A stretch of DNA of 64,000 bases, taken from the NCBI GenBank assembly GCA_044222185.1, contig JBGANV010000008.1, forward strand, positions 192,001 to 256,000. Reading direction: 5' to 3'. Below, one piece after another: positions 18,301 through 27,992 of the stretch. The stretch comes from Planctomycetota bacterium. GTDB taxonomy: Bacteria > Planctomycetota > GCA-002687715 > CAIWVZ01. Numbering within the stretch: position 1 is the stretch's first letter; each line of letters starts with the position of its first letter. Made by a program: the position numbers and the translations under genes. Below the pieces are notes generated by a model. That model was not told the DNA's origin, searched no databases, and was given only the letters and a program-made list of their open reading frames with translations.

Positions 18301-20508
18301 TCACTGTCCGCGCAGCCGACGCGCTTGTTGAATCATCCGGAGCACTTCGGCCCGAGGACCCGTGAGATCGCCCGTCGCACCTTCGCGAACGAGCTTCTCG
18401 AGCGTGTCCCACGGCGGCGCCGTGCTCTCACGCAACCCGCAAAGCTCCAGGCCGAACATCGCGATGGCCGAAGCCAGCCGGAAGTCGGACGACGTCTGCG
18501 ACACGTCACGCCCTGCGTCACTCGCGGATGCCTCCACGGGAGGCGCCGTCCGCGATTCGTTCGGCTTCTGGTACCGCACGGTCACGGTCAACACGTCGTT
18601 GCTGTGACTGCGATCCTTCGCCGCGCGATCGGGCTGATAGCGCAGCGGCGACTTGCCATCGGGCCTCGCCACGTTCGGCGACGTCGACGGGATGATCTCG
18701 TAGAGCGCCACCACGTCGTCGCCGGACCCGAGCTGACCGATGGGGCCACGGTCGTCGCGTGCCGCTCCATCGCTCACGCGGCGGTTCGTGTAACCCACCA
18801 GTCTGTACGAAGCCACCATGTTCGGATTGAACTCGACCTGGAGCCGAACGTCGCGAGCGACGACGAAGAGCCGAGACCCGATCTGATCGGCCAGCGAGCG
18901 ACCCGCATCCCGTTCGTCGGCGAGCACGCCACTCGTTCCCTCGACGCGCGTCGCGAGCGCCTTCATGGCATCACGACCCGTACGGTTCTGGCCCACGGTC
19001 ATGACCGTGAACTGGACGCCGGGCCGGGCCTTGCCGATGACCACGTCGGCCCATGCCGGTTCGGCCTGACGATCGGACTCGAACGCCGCGTCCGTGATCA
19101 GCACGACGCGATTCGTGCCGTTCGACACCAGGTTCTCGGTGGCCGCGGCATACGCGAGCTCGAGGGCGTCGCCGCCGGACTTCCGCGCCGAGGACGACGC
19201 GACCAGCGCATTCACCGCATCCCGAAGCTTCGCGGCGTCGCTCTTGCGGCAGAAGATCGAGGGCGCAACGACGTGCGATCCGCCGTTCGTGGCCGCGACG
19301 ATCGCGACGCGATCGTTGTCCGTGAGGTGAGCGATCACGTCGCCGAGCGCCCGCCGGACCAGGGCCAGCTTGCCGCTCTCGCCCATGCTTCGCGAGAGAT
19401 CGACGACGAACACCAGGTTCGCCCGTTGACGGACGCCCTTCCACGGAACCTGCCGCCCCTTGATGCCGACGAAGGCGAGGCGGTGTTTCAGATCCCAGGG
19501 GCACTGCCCGACTTCGAGCGTCACCGACAACGCCCTCTCGCCATCCGCATTCGGCAGATTCCACGAGAGGAAGTTGACCATCTCCTCGATGCGCACGGCG
19601 GCCGGGTTCGGCAGAAATCCTTCCGTGAGGCGATCACGCACCTCCACGAATCCGCTTCCGCCAACCTCGACGGAGAACGTGGATCGGGCGTCTTCGCCGT
19701 CCGTCGTCCGATAGGACGCATCGGGGACGAAATCGAGAGGTTCGATCGTGGCCGGATCGGGCGCGTCGGCGATGGGAATCCGTGGTGCCGTGACGGCGGT
19801 CGGCTTCATCGGCGCGGATGCCGTGGGCGGTCGAGGATTCCGTGGTGGCGGTTCGGTGTGTCCCTTGGTGACCGCCATGCTCGGGCCCGGCTCGTTCGGC
19901 ACGGTCGGGCGATCGTCGTCGGTCGGCGTGACGCCGTCGCGGTTGGCGAACTCCCCGCCGTGCGGCGAGATCGGAGGCACGACGACTCCGTCCGACGGAA
20001 CGCCTGGGATGGAGCTCACGTTCGGGCGGTCGACGTCGTCTCCGAGCTTCGGATCCGACATGCGCGGAGTGATCGTGAACGTCAGGTTCGTTTCGTTCTC
20101 CGGCTCGGGCACCGCAGTCGGCGGCACGCCCCGGTTCACCACGAAGAACGCTCCGATGAGGATTGCCGCGGCCGCCGTCGCCCACGCGGGGCGCGAGTGC
20201 CACAAACGCCGGCGTTGATTCCACGAAGCCGCGACCGGCGCATCCTCATTCGCATCGACCGGATCGGTCTCGTCGGCCGTGAGGGCCTCGGCGATCGCCA
20301 GCTTCGCGTCGGCGCTGAGGCCGGCCGTCAGCGCCACTTCCTGTTGCAGTTCCTCGCCCAGGAACCCGGCAGCCGACCGGATCTGCTCGACTTCGAAGCG
20401 GGCCGCCGGGTTTCGTGAGAGGAATGCCTCGACTTCGGCCGCCTCGGACGAGTTCAACTCGCCGAGCGCGTACGCCGTCAGTCTGGGATCATCGAACTCG
20501 AACTCCAT
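18301..20508 (-). CDS. YfbK-like anti-sigma/vWA domain membrane protein
   Basis: N-terminal DDPRLTAYALGEL anti-sigma-like segment, TM helix, STFSVEV, VRIEEMVNF, MIDAS DLSRSM, QVEFNP..VASYRLVGY.NR and VVALYEI. Confidence 0.9.
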   Translation of the reverse strand: MEFEFDDPRLTAYALGELNSSEAAEVEAFLSRNPAARFEVEQIRSAAGFLGEELQQEVALTAGLSADAKLAIAEALTADETDPVDANEDAPVAASWNQRRRLWHSRPAWATAAAAILIGAFFVVNRGVPPTAVPEPENETNLTFTITPRMSDPKLGDDVDRPNVSSIPGVPSDGVVVPPISPHGGEFANRDGVTPTDDDRPTVPNEPGPSMAVTKGHTEPPPRNPRPPTASAPMKPTAVTAPRIPIADAPDPATIEPLDFVPDASYRTTDGEDARSTFSVEVGGSGFVEVRDRLTEGFLPNPAAVRIEEMVNFLSWNLPNADGERALSVTLEVGQCPWDLKHRLAFVGIKGRQVPWKGVRQRANLVFVVDLSRSMGESGKLALVRRALGDVIAHLTDNDRVAIVAATNGGSHVVAPSIFCRKSDAAKLRDAVNALVASSSARKSGGDALELAYAAATENLVSNGTNRVVLITDAAFESDRQAEPAWADVVIGKARPGVQFTVMTVGQNRTGRDAMKALATRVEGTSGVLADERDAGRSLADQIGSRLFVVARDVRLQVEFNPNMVASYRLVGYTNRRVSDGAARDDRGPIGQLGSGDDVVALYEIIPSTSPNVARPDGKSPLRYQPDRAAKDRSHSNDVLTVTVRYQKPNESRTAPPVEASASDAGRDVSQTSSDFRLASAIAMFGLELCGLRESTAPPWDTLEKLVREGATGDLTGPRAEVLRMIQQARRLRGQ

Positions 20509-20532
20509 GTGTCTCTCCAGGTGCTCGGAGCG

Positions 20533-21063
20533 TCAGCTCCGGTCTCCCGCGACCTCTCGCCGAACGGCCTTGAGGCCGATGTGAATCAAATAGCCCACGT
20601 TGGACACGCTCAACTTCGTGATCCGACTGATCTCCTTGTAGGAGAGTCCGTGTTGGAACTTCAGCCGGATCACCTCCTGCTGGTTCTCGGGCAGGTGGGC
20701 CAGCGCGCGCAGCATGCGGAATCCCTCTTCTCGCTCCTCGAGGGTCTCGACCGCGGGTGCTTCCGCGCTCCGCATGCGTGCGACGTCCTCGTCCGTGAGC
20801 GGAGTGAGCCGTCTGTCTTTGCGCCGGGTGTCCAATGCCAGATTCCTGCAGACCGTGTAGAGCCACTCGGCGAGCTTGTGCTCGACCGACTGGCGGTCCT
20901 GGCGACAGAGCTTCAAGAACGTCTCTTGCACCAGGTCTCGGGCCGCTTCGAGATTCCCGACCAGCCGCGCTGCGTAAGACGTGAGCCCGCTCTCGAACCG
21001 CTCCACGGCGGTCATCACCCAGTCCGAGCCTGGGTCTGGTTTGGCGGGTTCATCGCTCGTCAT
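20533..21063 (-). CDS. ECF sigma-70 factor (vWA-associated)
   Basis: ARDLVQETFLKL, WLYTVCRNLALD, LPENQQEVIRLKFQHGLSYKEIS. Confidence 0.95.
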   Translation of the reverse strand: MTSDEPAKPDPGSDWVMTAVERFESGLTSYAARLVGNLEAARDLVQETFLKLCRQDRQSVEHKLAEWLYTVCRNLALDTRRKDRRLTPLTDEDVARMRSAEAPAVETLEEREEGFRMLRALAHLPENQQEVIRLKFQHGLSYKEISRITKLSVSNVGYLIHIGLKAVRREVAGDRS

Positions 21064-21266
21064 GCGCGTCTGCCGGAGATTCCAACCGGTCCGAACACCT
21101 CTACCACGGGCGGACCGCGAACTTCTTAGAGACGAGGGCGGAAGGCGCAGCACGCCCCGGCCACCCGGATGCGCAGCGCGAGGTGCATAGGTGCATGGTC
21201 TACAACGACTTGCACCCCATCGAACGTATGAAACGGCCCCCGCCCAGGCCGACTAAGATCGCCGCC

Positions 21267-23303
21267 ATGACTCACGAAACGGGACCCGGCCTGCTCGTCC
21301 TCATGTCCATCGTGTTCGCGGCCGGGTTGGGCGCCCCCGCCCAGCAGCCGACCGAGATCACCGCAGACGTCACGCTCGACCCGGCGAAGACCTACGGCCC
21401 CCTCCTGATCAAGGCGTCCCGGGTCACGATCGACGGCCGCGGCGCCTGGGTCGTCGGCGCGACGACGGGTCCGGCGAAGGGTTTCAAGGGCGACGGCATC
21501 CAGGCCAAGGGCGTGAGCGGGGTGACCTTGAGGAACGTGAACGTGAAAGGGTTCGAGACGGGTCTGCACCTCGAGGACTGCACGGGTTGGACGGTCGAGG
21601 GCTGCAACCTGTCGAACAACTTCCACGACCCGGATTTCGACTGGGGCGAGAACGGCCGGCGCGGCGGCATCGTCCTCGAGCGCGTCACGAATTCCACGTT
21701 CAGGAACAACAAGGCCAACGACGTCTGGGACGCGTGCGTCCTCGTGCGGTCACACAAGATCACGCTCGAGGGCAACGACTTCTCTCACACGTCGAACACA
21801 TGCCTGAAGCTCTGGAACGCGTGCGACAACGTCATCTCGCGGAACAACCTCAGCTACGGGATCCGCATCAAGCCTGGGGAGGTCCACGCGCGCGACTCCA
21901 CGTCGGTGCTCATCGAGAGCGGCTCGGACCGCAACGAGATGACCGACAACGATTGCACTCACGGCGGCGACGGGATCTTCGTCCGCGTGCTGAACGGGTG
22001 GGTCAGCAAGCACAACCGGTTCGTCGGCAACGACACGTCCTACGCCCACAACAACTGCATCGAGGCGTGGTCGCCGGAGAACACCTGGATCCGCAACAAG
22101 GCGAACCACGGGAGCTATGGCTTCTGGCTCGGCGCCTCGGACAAGAACGTCTTGATCGAGAACGAGGCCGCCTGGAACGGACTCGCGAACGGCAACCACA
22201 ACTCTCCGCACCTGCCCGATTCATGCCATGCGGGCATCGTCTTCATGTTCGGCCCGTCGAGTCACACGGTGCTTCGCAAGAACGACTGCCACGACAACAA
22301 CGGCGCCGGGATCGCGGGGATCGGTGACATCGACTCGAAAGGCGAGAAATGGAAGGCCTTCCACTGGGTCGTCGACGAAAACCGCCTCTCGAACAACCGG
22401 TGGGGCATCTACCTGCAACACGCAGACTGGATCGACGTCGGACCGAACGTCTTCGTCGGAAACCGCGACGGGGAGATCAAGGACGCGGGCGGCGTGACCA
22501 ATCTCTTCCGCCGCGAGGGCACGTTGCCCGTGATGGAGCCGCCGAAGTTCAACATGGTCGTCACCGGTCACGGCCGCGTGGGCAAGTCCATGGCATTCGC
22601 GGCGAAGAGCGTCCGCGACCCGGGTCGCGGGCAACTCACGTATCGATGGGACTTCGGCGAGGGCCAGCCATCGACGCTCGCTGAAACCGGGCACACGTTC
22701 ACGAAGCCTGGTTTCTTCCGGGTCGGCGTCACCGTCTCGAACGGCGTTCTCTCGTCGCTCGGGTGGAGCGACGTCTACGTCACCGAAGACATCCCCGAGC
22801 TGGCGACGGAACATGCAGCCGGCGGTTGGACCTGGACCGACGCGAGCTCCAAGGTCGAGTTCACGGATGACGCCGCGGAGGTGATCGCAGGCAAGTCCTC
22901 GGTCCACGCGCACGCCGAGCCCTACGGAGGAGGCCGCCTGTGGATCTCCTGGCCCAAGGGCCGGGACGCGAGGATCTCCCTCGCGGGCAAGTCCTCGGCG
23001 GTGTTCTGGCTGAAGGTGCGCAACGAGAACGTCCCCGCGTGGCAGGACATGAACCCGCTGGTGACGCTCCACCAGGACGGCAAGACGTCGGCGACGTTCA
23101 CGCCGACGCGTGACTTTCTCAGTGCTCCGCCGTGCAACGAGGCTCGTGACGGCTGGGCCTACTTCGTCGTTCCGCTCGCCGGCGGAGGCGAGTGGAAACG
23201 AACAGGCGGCGCGATCACGACCGTGAACTCGATTTCACTCGGGTTCGATTCGTGGGGCGCGCCGCCGCTCGACGTCTGGATCGACGGCCTCGCGTTCAAG
23301 TGA
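21267..23303 (+). CDS. Secreted right-handed beta-helix (NosD/pectin-lyase-like) protein with a PKD domain
   Basis: Asn-ladder repeats (NNLSYG, NDTSYAHNN, NKANHGSYG) and the PKD motif YRWDFGEG...HTFTKPG. Start uncertain. Confidence 0.85.
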   Translation: MTHETGPGLLVLMSIVFAAGLGAPAQQPTEITADVTLDPAKTYGPLLIKASRVTIDGRGAWVVGATTGPAKGFKGDGIQAKGVSGVTLRNVNVKGFETGLHLEDCTGWTVEGCNLSNNFHDPDFDWGENGRRGGIVLERVTNSTFRNNKANDVWDACVLVRSHKITLEGNDFSHTSNTCLKLWNACDNVISRNNLSYGIRIKPGEVHARDSTSVLIESGSDRNEMTDNDCTHGGDGIFVRVLNGWVSKHNRFVGNDTSYAHNNCIEAWSPENTWIRNKANHGSYGFWLGASDKNVLIENEAAWNGLANGNHNSPHLPDSCHAGIVFMFGPSSHTVLRKNDCHDNNGAGIAGIGDIDSKGEKWKAFHWVVDENRLSNNRWGIYLQHADWIDVGPNVFVGNRDGEIKDAGGVTNLFRREGTLPVMEPPKFNMVVTGHGRVGKSMAFAAKSVRDPGRGQLTYRWDFGEGQPSTLAETGHTFTKPGFFRVGVTVSNGVLSSLGWSDVYVTEDIPELATEHAAGGWTWTDASSKVEFTDDAAEVIAGKSSVHAHAEPYGGGRLWISWPKGRDARISLAGKSSAVFWLKVRNENVPAWQDMNPLVTLHQDGKTSATFTPTRDFLSAPPCNEARDGWAYFVVPLAGGGEWKRTGGAITTVNSISLGFDSWGAPPLDVWIDGLAFK

Positions 23304-23318
23304 GGCCGTCGATTCCCG

Positions 23319-24833
23319 TCACGGAAGGATCGTCAGTTCGTTCGCGTCGCTGAGCACGATTCCCGACGGATTCGAGGGATCGTTCACGGCCCACTGCGAG
23401 TAGCCCTTGAAGCACGCGAGGGCCGGGATCGCCGGAACGGCGACCGGCACTTCCGCGCAGCCCGTGAGGTCCGTCGCCGTGGGGATGAAGAAGTTCAGGC
23501 TCGCGTCGATCCACAGGTTGCCGATCGCCCCGAACGACAGCGGGAGCGGGGCGCCGAAGGCCGCCGACGTTGCCGTGCCGGTCGCGATGAAGAGCAACGC
23601 GCCCTGGTTCGGAGCGCCATTCACGAGCGAGAGGACGGCGTTCGTTCCGATCGTGTGGCCGTAGCCGGTCGTCACGGCGCGCGGGCGGCCGCTGATGCCG
23701 ACGCCGCCGTAGCCGAACGCGTACCCTTCCTGCCGGACCTGGCCTCGGATCTCGCCACTCGGGTTCGCCGCCGTGTGGATGTTCACGTAGAAGTTGCCCT
23801 TGTTGAGCGTGATGGCCTGAGCGGCGGTCAACGTCGCCGTGCCGGTGATCGGCGACGGTCCTGCGACGAAGCCGATCGTCACGCCGCCGTTCTGACCGAC
23901 CACACCCGTGTGGATGTGCGCGGCCGACGGGGCACCCGAGAGTCCTGCGTAGCTGACGCTGTAGGTCAGCACGTTCGTCGCCGGGTTGAACTCGAGGTAG
24001 GCGCAGCCCGACCCGGTGGTCGTCGTCGGCGGATTCTCCTGCCCGCCGTCGAGCGTCGCCGAGAACGACGTGAGCTCGGGCACGATCTGCCCGCGGATCT
24101 CGCCACCCGGGTTCGCCGCCGTGTGAATGTTGAAGTAGAGGCCGCCGGCCTTCAGGGTCGTGATCTGCGCCGCCGTGAGGGACGCCGTGCCGCAGAAGTG
24201 CGTCGACGTGCCGTTGAGCGCGAAGAGGACCGGGCCCGCGACGCCGACGGCGCCGCCGTGGACGTGCGCGGCCGTCGAAACCGGAACGGTGGACTTCACG
24301 TCGTAATAGATCGTGCCTTCCGGCTCGTTCAGCCGGACCCAGGCCGTGCCGGCGAACGGACTGCCCGTGGGGGGCGTTTCCTGCGCGCCGTTCAGCGTCG
24401 CCTTGAAGTAGGCCTTCTGGGCCGGAACGATCTGACCCCGGATCTCACCACCCGGATTCGCAGCCGTGTGGATGTTGCAATAGAAGCCCTCGGTGAACAG
24501 CGAGAGCTGTTGAGCCGCGGTCAGCGCTGCGGTCTGGCCCTCGAACGTGCCGGGCCCCGTCTGAACGAGGGGGAAAACAACCGGTCCATTCACGCCCACC
24601 GCAGCCGAGTGGATGTGCGCAGCCGTCGGCGCACCGGTGAGGCCGGTGAACCCGACCAGGTAGGAGATCGTGTTGCTCGGCCGGTTCAGGGTGATCGAGG
24701 CAATCCCCGTCCCCTGAGTGACCACCGCCGGGACTTCGTTCGCGCCATTCAGGACCGCTTCGAATTGGAACTGTGCTGAAAGCGGCAACGCCGCCGCTGC
24801 GAACAGAGCCGCAGCCAGGAAGATTCGCTTCAT
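23319..24833 (-). CDS. Secreted protein with three CHRD domains and the conserved C-terminal domain
   Basis: Three repeats of L[ND]GxxE.P...AAH[IV]H...NIHTAANP.GEIRGQ, ending YSQWAVNDPSNPSGIVLSDANELTILP. Confidence 0.92.
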   Translation of the reverse strand: MKRIFLAAALFAAAALPLSAQFQFEAVLNGANEVPAVVTQGTGIASITLNRPSNTISYLVGFTGLTGAPTAAHIHSAAVGVNGPVVFPLVQTGPGTFEGQTAALTAAQQLSLFTEGFYCNIHTAANPGGEIRGQIVPAQKAYFKATLNGAQETPPTGSPFAGTAWVRLNEPEGTIYYDVKSTVPVSTAAHVHGGAVGVAGPVLFALNGTSTHFCGTASLTAAQITTLKAGGLYFNIHTAANPGGEIRGQIVPELTSFSATLDGGQENPPTTTTGSGCAYLEFNPATNVLTYSVSYAGLSGAPSAAHIHTGVVGQNGGVTIGFVAGPSPITGTATLTAAQAITLNKGNFYVNIHTAANPSGEIRGQVRQEGYAFGYGGVGISGRPRAVTTGYGHTIGTNAVLSLVNGAPNQGALLFIATGTATSAAFGAPLPLSFGAIGNLWIDASLNFFIPTATDLTGCAEVPVAVPAIPALACFKGYSQWAVNDPSNPSGIVLSDANELTILP

Positions 24834-25091
24834 CTCATCGACTCCTATTGCTTCAGGGATCTGGCCGACCGGAGGGACACCTCGTAGCCCGCACGGAAGA
24901 CCTGAAGGTCAACCGCGGCAGGCAGGCAAGAATTTCACGGTGCCGGGTCGGGGGCGCGATTGTAGGGGTTCGTGGATTACGGCCCGCCTCGTTCTCCGGA
25001 TTGTCTGGCGGCCGTGGCGCTCGGTTTTTTCGGGGCTCGCCCGCAGCGCCTCCGTGTCCGAGGCACCGCTCCGGCTACGATGCGCGCCATC

Positions 25092-25493
25092 ATGGAACGA
25101 CAGATCGTTCGTGTCGCCGGATTCGTCGAGCCAAGGGGTTACGAAGATGCGCTCGTGCTGAAGGGCGCATCGGAATGGCTCGTCCTCGGGGGCCACGTCG
25201 CCTTCGACGCAAGTCGCCGTATCCTCCACCCCAATGACCTCCTCGGGCAGTTTCGCGTCGCGTTGCGGAACCTCCGCGCGACCCTTCGTGCGGCCGGTTT
25301 CGAGCCCCGCCACGTGGTGAAGCTCACGATCCACGTCACCAGCGTCGACGACTACCGCGCGAACCTGAAAGCCCTGGGCGCCATCTGGAAGGAGGAGTTC
25401 GGCCGCGAGTACCCGGCCATGACGCTCCTGGGGGTGTCAGGGCTGATGGAGGTCGGCTCCGTCGTGGAGATCGACGGCCTGGCCGCGAAGTAG
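25092..25493 (+). CDS. RidA/YjgF/UK114 family protein
   Basis: PRGYE, QFRVALRNL, VVKLTIHV, YPAMTLLGVSGL, VEIDGLA. An alternative start lies at 25080. Confidence 0.88.
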   Translation: MERQIVRVAGFVEPRGYEDALVLKGASEWLVLGGHVAFDASRRILHPNDLLGQFRVALRNLRATLRAAGFEPRHVVKLTIHVTSVDDYRANLKALGAIWKEEFGREYPAMTLLGVSGLMEVGSVVEIDGLAAK

Positions 25494-25689
25494 CAGGCCG
25501 GGGCGAGTCCCGCTCCGTGGGGCATGGGCGAGGACGACCGGGAACGCGTGACGGTTGGGGTTCGGTGCCGGGTCGGGTGGGCGCGAGTGAGCTCGTGCGG
25601 CGCCGCTCGCCGTGCACGCCGTCCCGCGCGGGGCGCGCGGCGATCCGCCCCGGCCTCGCCGGGTCGGCGGTGGACCCGGAGCTCCGGCT

Positions 25690-27960
25690 CTACTCTCGCC
25701 GGCCGAAGCCGACGTCGACGTACTGCCCGCCGCGGGTCTGGGTGCAGTGCACGGCGATGACGTTCCGGCCGGTGACGAAGGCGGTACGAGCGGACTCGGC
25801 CAACGGCCGCGTGACGTATCCCGTCGTGTAGCCCTTGCGCTCGAAGACGCGTTGGCCGTTGGCGAAGACCTCGACGTCCTCGTCGTGGTGGATCAGGACG
25901 TGGGTCGGCCGCTCGCCGTCCTTCAGCTCGATGACGCGACGGAGCCAGATGCCAGGAGTCGCCCAACGCGTCCGCGCCACGGCGCCGGGTGTGCCCTCGG
26001 TGCCGAATCCGGCAGGGCCCTCCTTCCACCCGGCGTCGTCGAATGCAGTCCCCTCCCAACCCGCTGGCGGCGCCGCGTCGAGCAGGTATCGCCACGAGAC
26101 CGGCGTCTCCCGCGACGTCGGCGTGATCGTCACGACCTTGGGCGGTGGAACGAAGAGCCGCTCGTTCGCCGCACGCACCCGCGCCTCGTCGAGCTTGGGC
26201 TCGCGGTCATAGGTCATCAGGCCGTTGACCTCGACCTCCACGTCCGTCGTCTGCGTGTAGATCGCCGCCGACAACCCGCTCGCAGCCAGATCGCGCAACT
26301 CGTCGGCAAGCCCCAGGTACGCGTCCGTGAGCGCGGCAGTGGTCGGATAGGCGACGTATCCCCAATTCCCATCCTTCTTCCACGTGTGGCCGGGCACGGG
26401 ATGCCCGAGCCCCCCGAACTCGCCGAGGACGAGCGCGCGGGCGGGATCGTTCGCCGGCATCGCTGGACCCGGATAGGCGTGGATGTCGAGAACGTCGCCG
26501 CACCGCTGGTCCGTCCACCCGCTCGCGTTGTCGATGAGACGCGTCGGGTCCAGGGCGCGCACCCGCTCGACGTATTTCGCCGTGTCGTGCTGCCCCCACC
26601 CCTCGTTGAACACGACCCACATCACGATCGACGGGTGTGCCCGCCGCCCGTTGATGAGCGCCCGCAACTCGCCATCGAACTGCAAGGCGGCGTCGGCCGA
26701 CCGTGCCGTCTGATCCTCCTTCGCCGCGTCCCCGCTCGGCATGTCCTGGAACACCGCGAGTCCGAGCTTGTCGCACCAGAAATACCAGCGCTCCGGCTCG
26801 ACCTTGACGTGCTTGCGTGCGCAGTTGAACCCGAGCGCCTTCGTGCGCTCGATGTCGAACCGCAACGCCGCATCGGTCGGCGCGGTGTAGAGGCCATCCG
26901 GCCAGAACCCCTGATCCAGAGGGCCCACGAAGAAGTAGGGTTTCCCGTTCAGGCACATGCGCGCGCGACCCGAGTCGTCCTTCGTGAGCGTGACGCGGCG
27001 CAGGGCCGCGTAGCTCTCGACCTCGTCGAGGACGACCTCGCCTCGCAGCAGCCGCACGCGAACGCCGTAAAGCGTTGGCGTTTCGGGCGACCAGGCCATC
27101 GGTGCCGCGAGTTCCACGCGCAGGTTCCGGAACGGCCGCACGCTCGAGCGCGCGGATGTCTGCGGATCCTTCTCGTGCGACACCGTGACCTCGACCGAAA
27201 GCTGCGCCGCCGGATCGTTGACGGACACGTCGAAGAGCAGGGCCTTCATCGCGTCATCCGCCGACGCAGACACGGCTGTGATCCGCGACGCCGGCACCGA
27301 CTCGAGCCACACGGTCTGCCAGATCCCGGTCGTGGGCGTGTACCAGATCCCCTCGGGCTTGCGGACCTGCTTGCCTCGGGGCTGCGTGCCTCCGTCGGTC
27401 GGGTCGTCGACTGCGACTGTGATCTCGTGCTCCTTCACGTCGGCAGCCAGTGCCGCCGTGATGTCGAGGCTGAAACCGTCGTAGCCGCCGCGGTGGCGGC
27501 CCACCTCGTGCCCGTCGACTCCGACGACGCACTCCCAGTCGACGGCTCCGAAGTGCAGCAGGACTCGACTCGACGCTGGCCACGCCGCCGGAACGGTGAA
27601 GGTCCGGCGATACCACAGGCGTTGATCGGGACCGACGGCCCGCATCACGCCCGAGAGGGCCGACTCCACGGGGAACGGCACGAGGATCCGCCCGTCCCAT
27701 TTCGACGCGGACGCCTCGGCGCGCGGCGCGATCGCGTAGTCCCAGAGCCCGTTCAGGCTCACCCAGTGGGGTCGCGTCAGCGTGGGCCGCGGATGCTCAG
27801 GGAGCGGTGCCGCTGGGTCCACGTCCTTCGCAAAACGCGTCATCAGCGGCCCGGCAGCAGGCTTCCACGCCTGCTGCGCGCCGCCGGCCGCGGCGAGCAG
27901 TCCCAAGAAGAGGATCGATGCAGGGACCGTGCTTCGACGAAAGGGACTGCTGCGCGTCAT
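25690..27960 (-). CDS. Secreted glycoside hydrolase family 2 (beta-galactosidase/arabinofuranosidase-like)
   Basis: LNGLWDYAI, ILVPFPVES, LLHFGAVDW, GIWQTVWLE, LDQGFWPDG, RKHVKVEP, VFNEGWG, GEFGG, YTQTTDVE. Confidence 0.93.
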   Translation of the reverse strand: MTRSSPFRRSTVPASILFLGLLAAAGGAQQAWKPAAGPLMTRFAKDVDPAAPLPEHPRPTLTRPHWVSLNGLWDYAIAPRAEASASKWDGRILVPFPVESALSGVMRAVGPDQRLWYRRTFTVPAAWPASSRVLLHFGAVDWECVVGVDGHEVGRHRGGYDGFSLDITAALAADVKEHEITVAVDDPTDGGTQPRGKQVRKPEGIWYTPTTGIWQTVWLESVPASRITAVSASADDAMKALLFDVSVNDPAAQLSVEVTVSHEKDPQTSARSSVRPFRNLRVELAAPMAWSPETPTLYGVRVRLLRGEVVLDEVESYAALRRVTLTKDDSGRARMCLNGKPYFFVGPLDQGFWPDGLYTAPTDAALRFDIERTKALGFNCARKHVKVEPERWYFWCDKLGLAVFQDMPSGDAAKEDQTARSADAALQFDGELRALINGRRAHPSIVMWVVFNEGWGQHDTAKYVERVRALDPTRLIDNASGWTDQRCGDVLDIHAYPGPAMPANDPARALVLGEFGGLGHPVPGHTWKKDGNWGYVAYPTTAALTDAYLGLADELRDLAASGLSAAIYTQTTDVEVEVNGLMTYDREPKLDEARVRAANERLFVPPPKVVTITPTSRETPVSWRYLLDAAPPAGWEGTAFDDAGWKEGPAGFGTEGTPGAVARTRWATPGIWLRRVIELKDGERPTHVLIHHDEDVEVFANGQRVFERKGYTTGYVTRPLAESARTAFVTGRNVIAVHCTQTRGGQYVDVGFGRRE

Positions 27961-27992
27961 GCTCCATCTCCGTTCTCGAGAACGGACGGAGC

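Noticed and set aside
23700-24500. Recurring DNA repeats (CGGATCTC.CC.C.CGG.TTCGC.GCCGTGTG.ATGTT) as a CRISPR-like array
   Set aside because: They are the coding repeats of the three CHRD domains, spaced about 350 nt apart.
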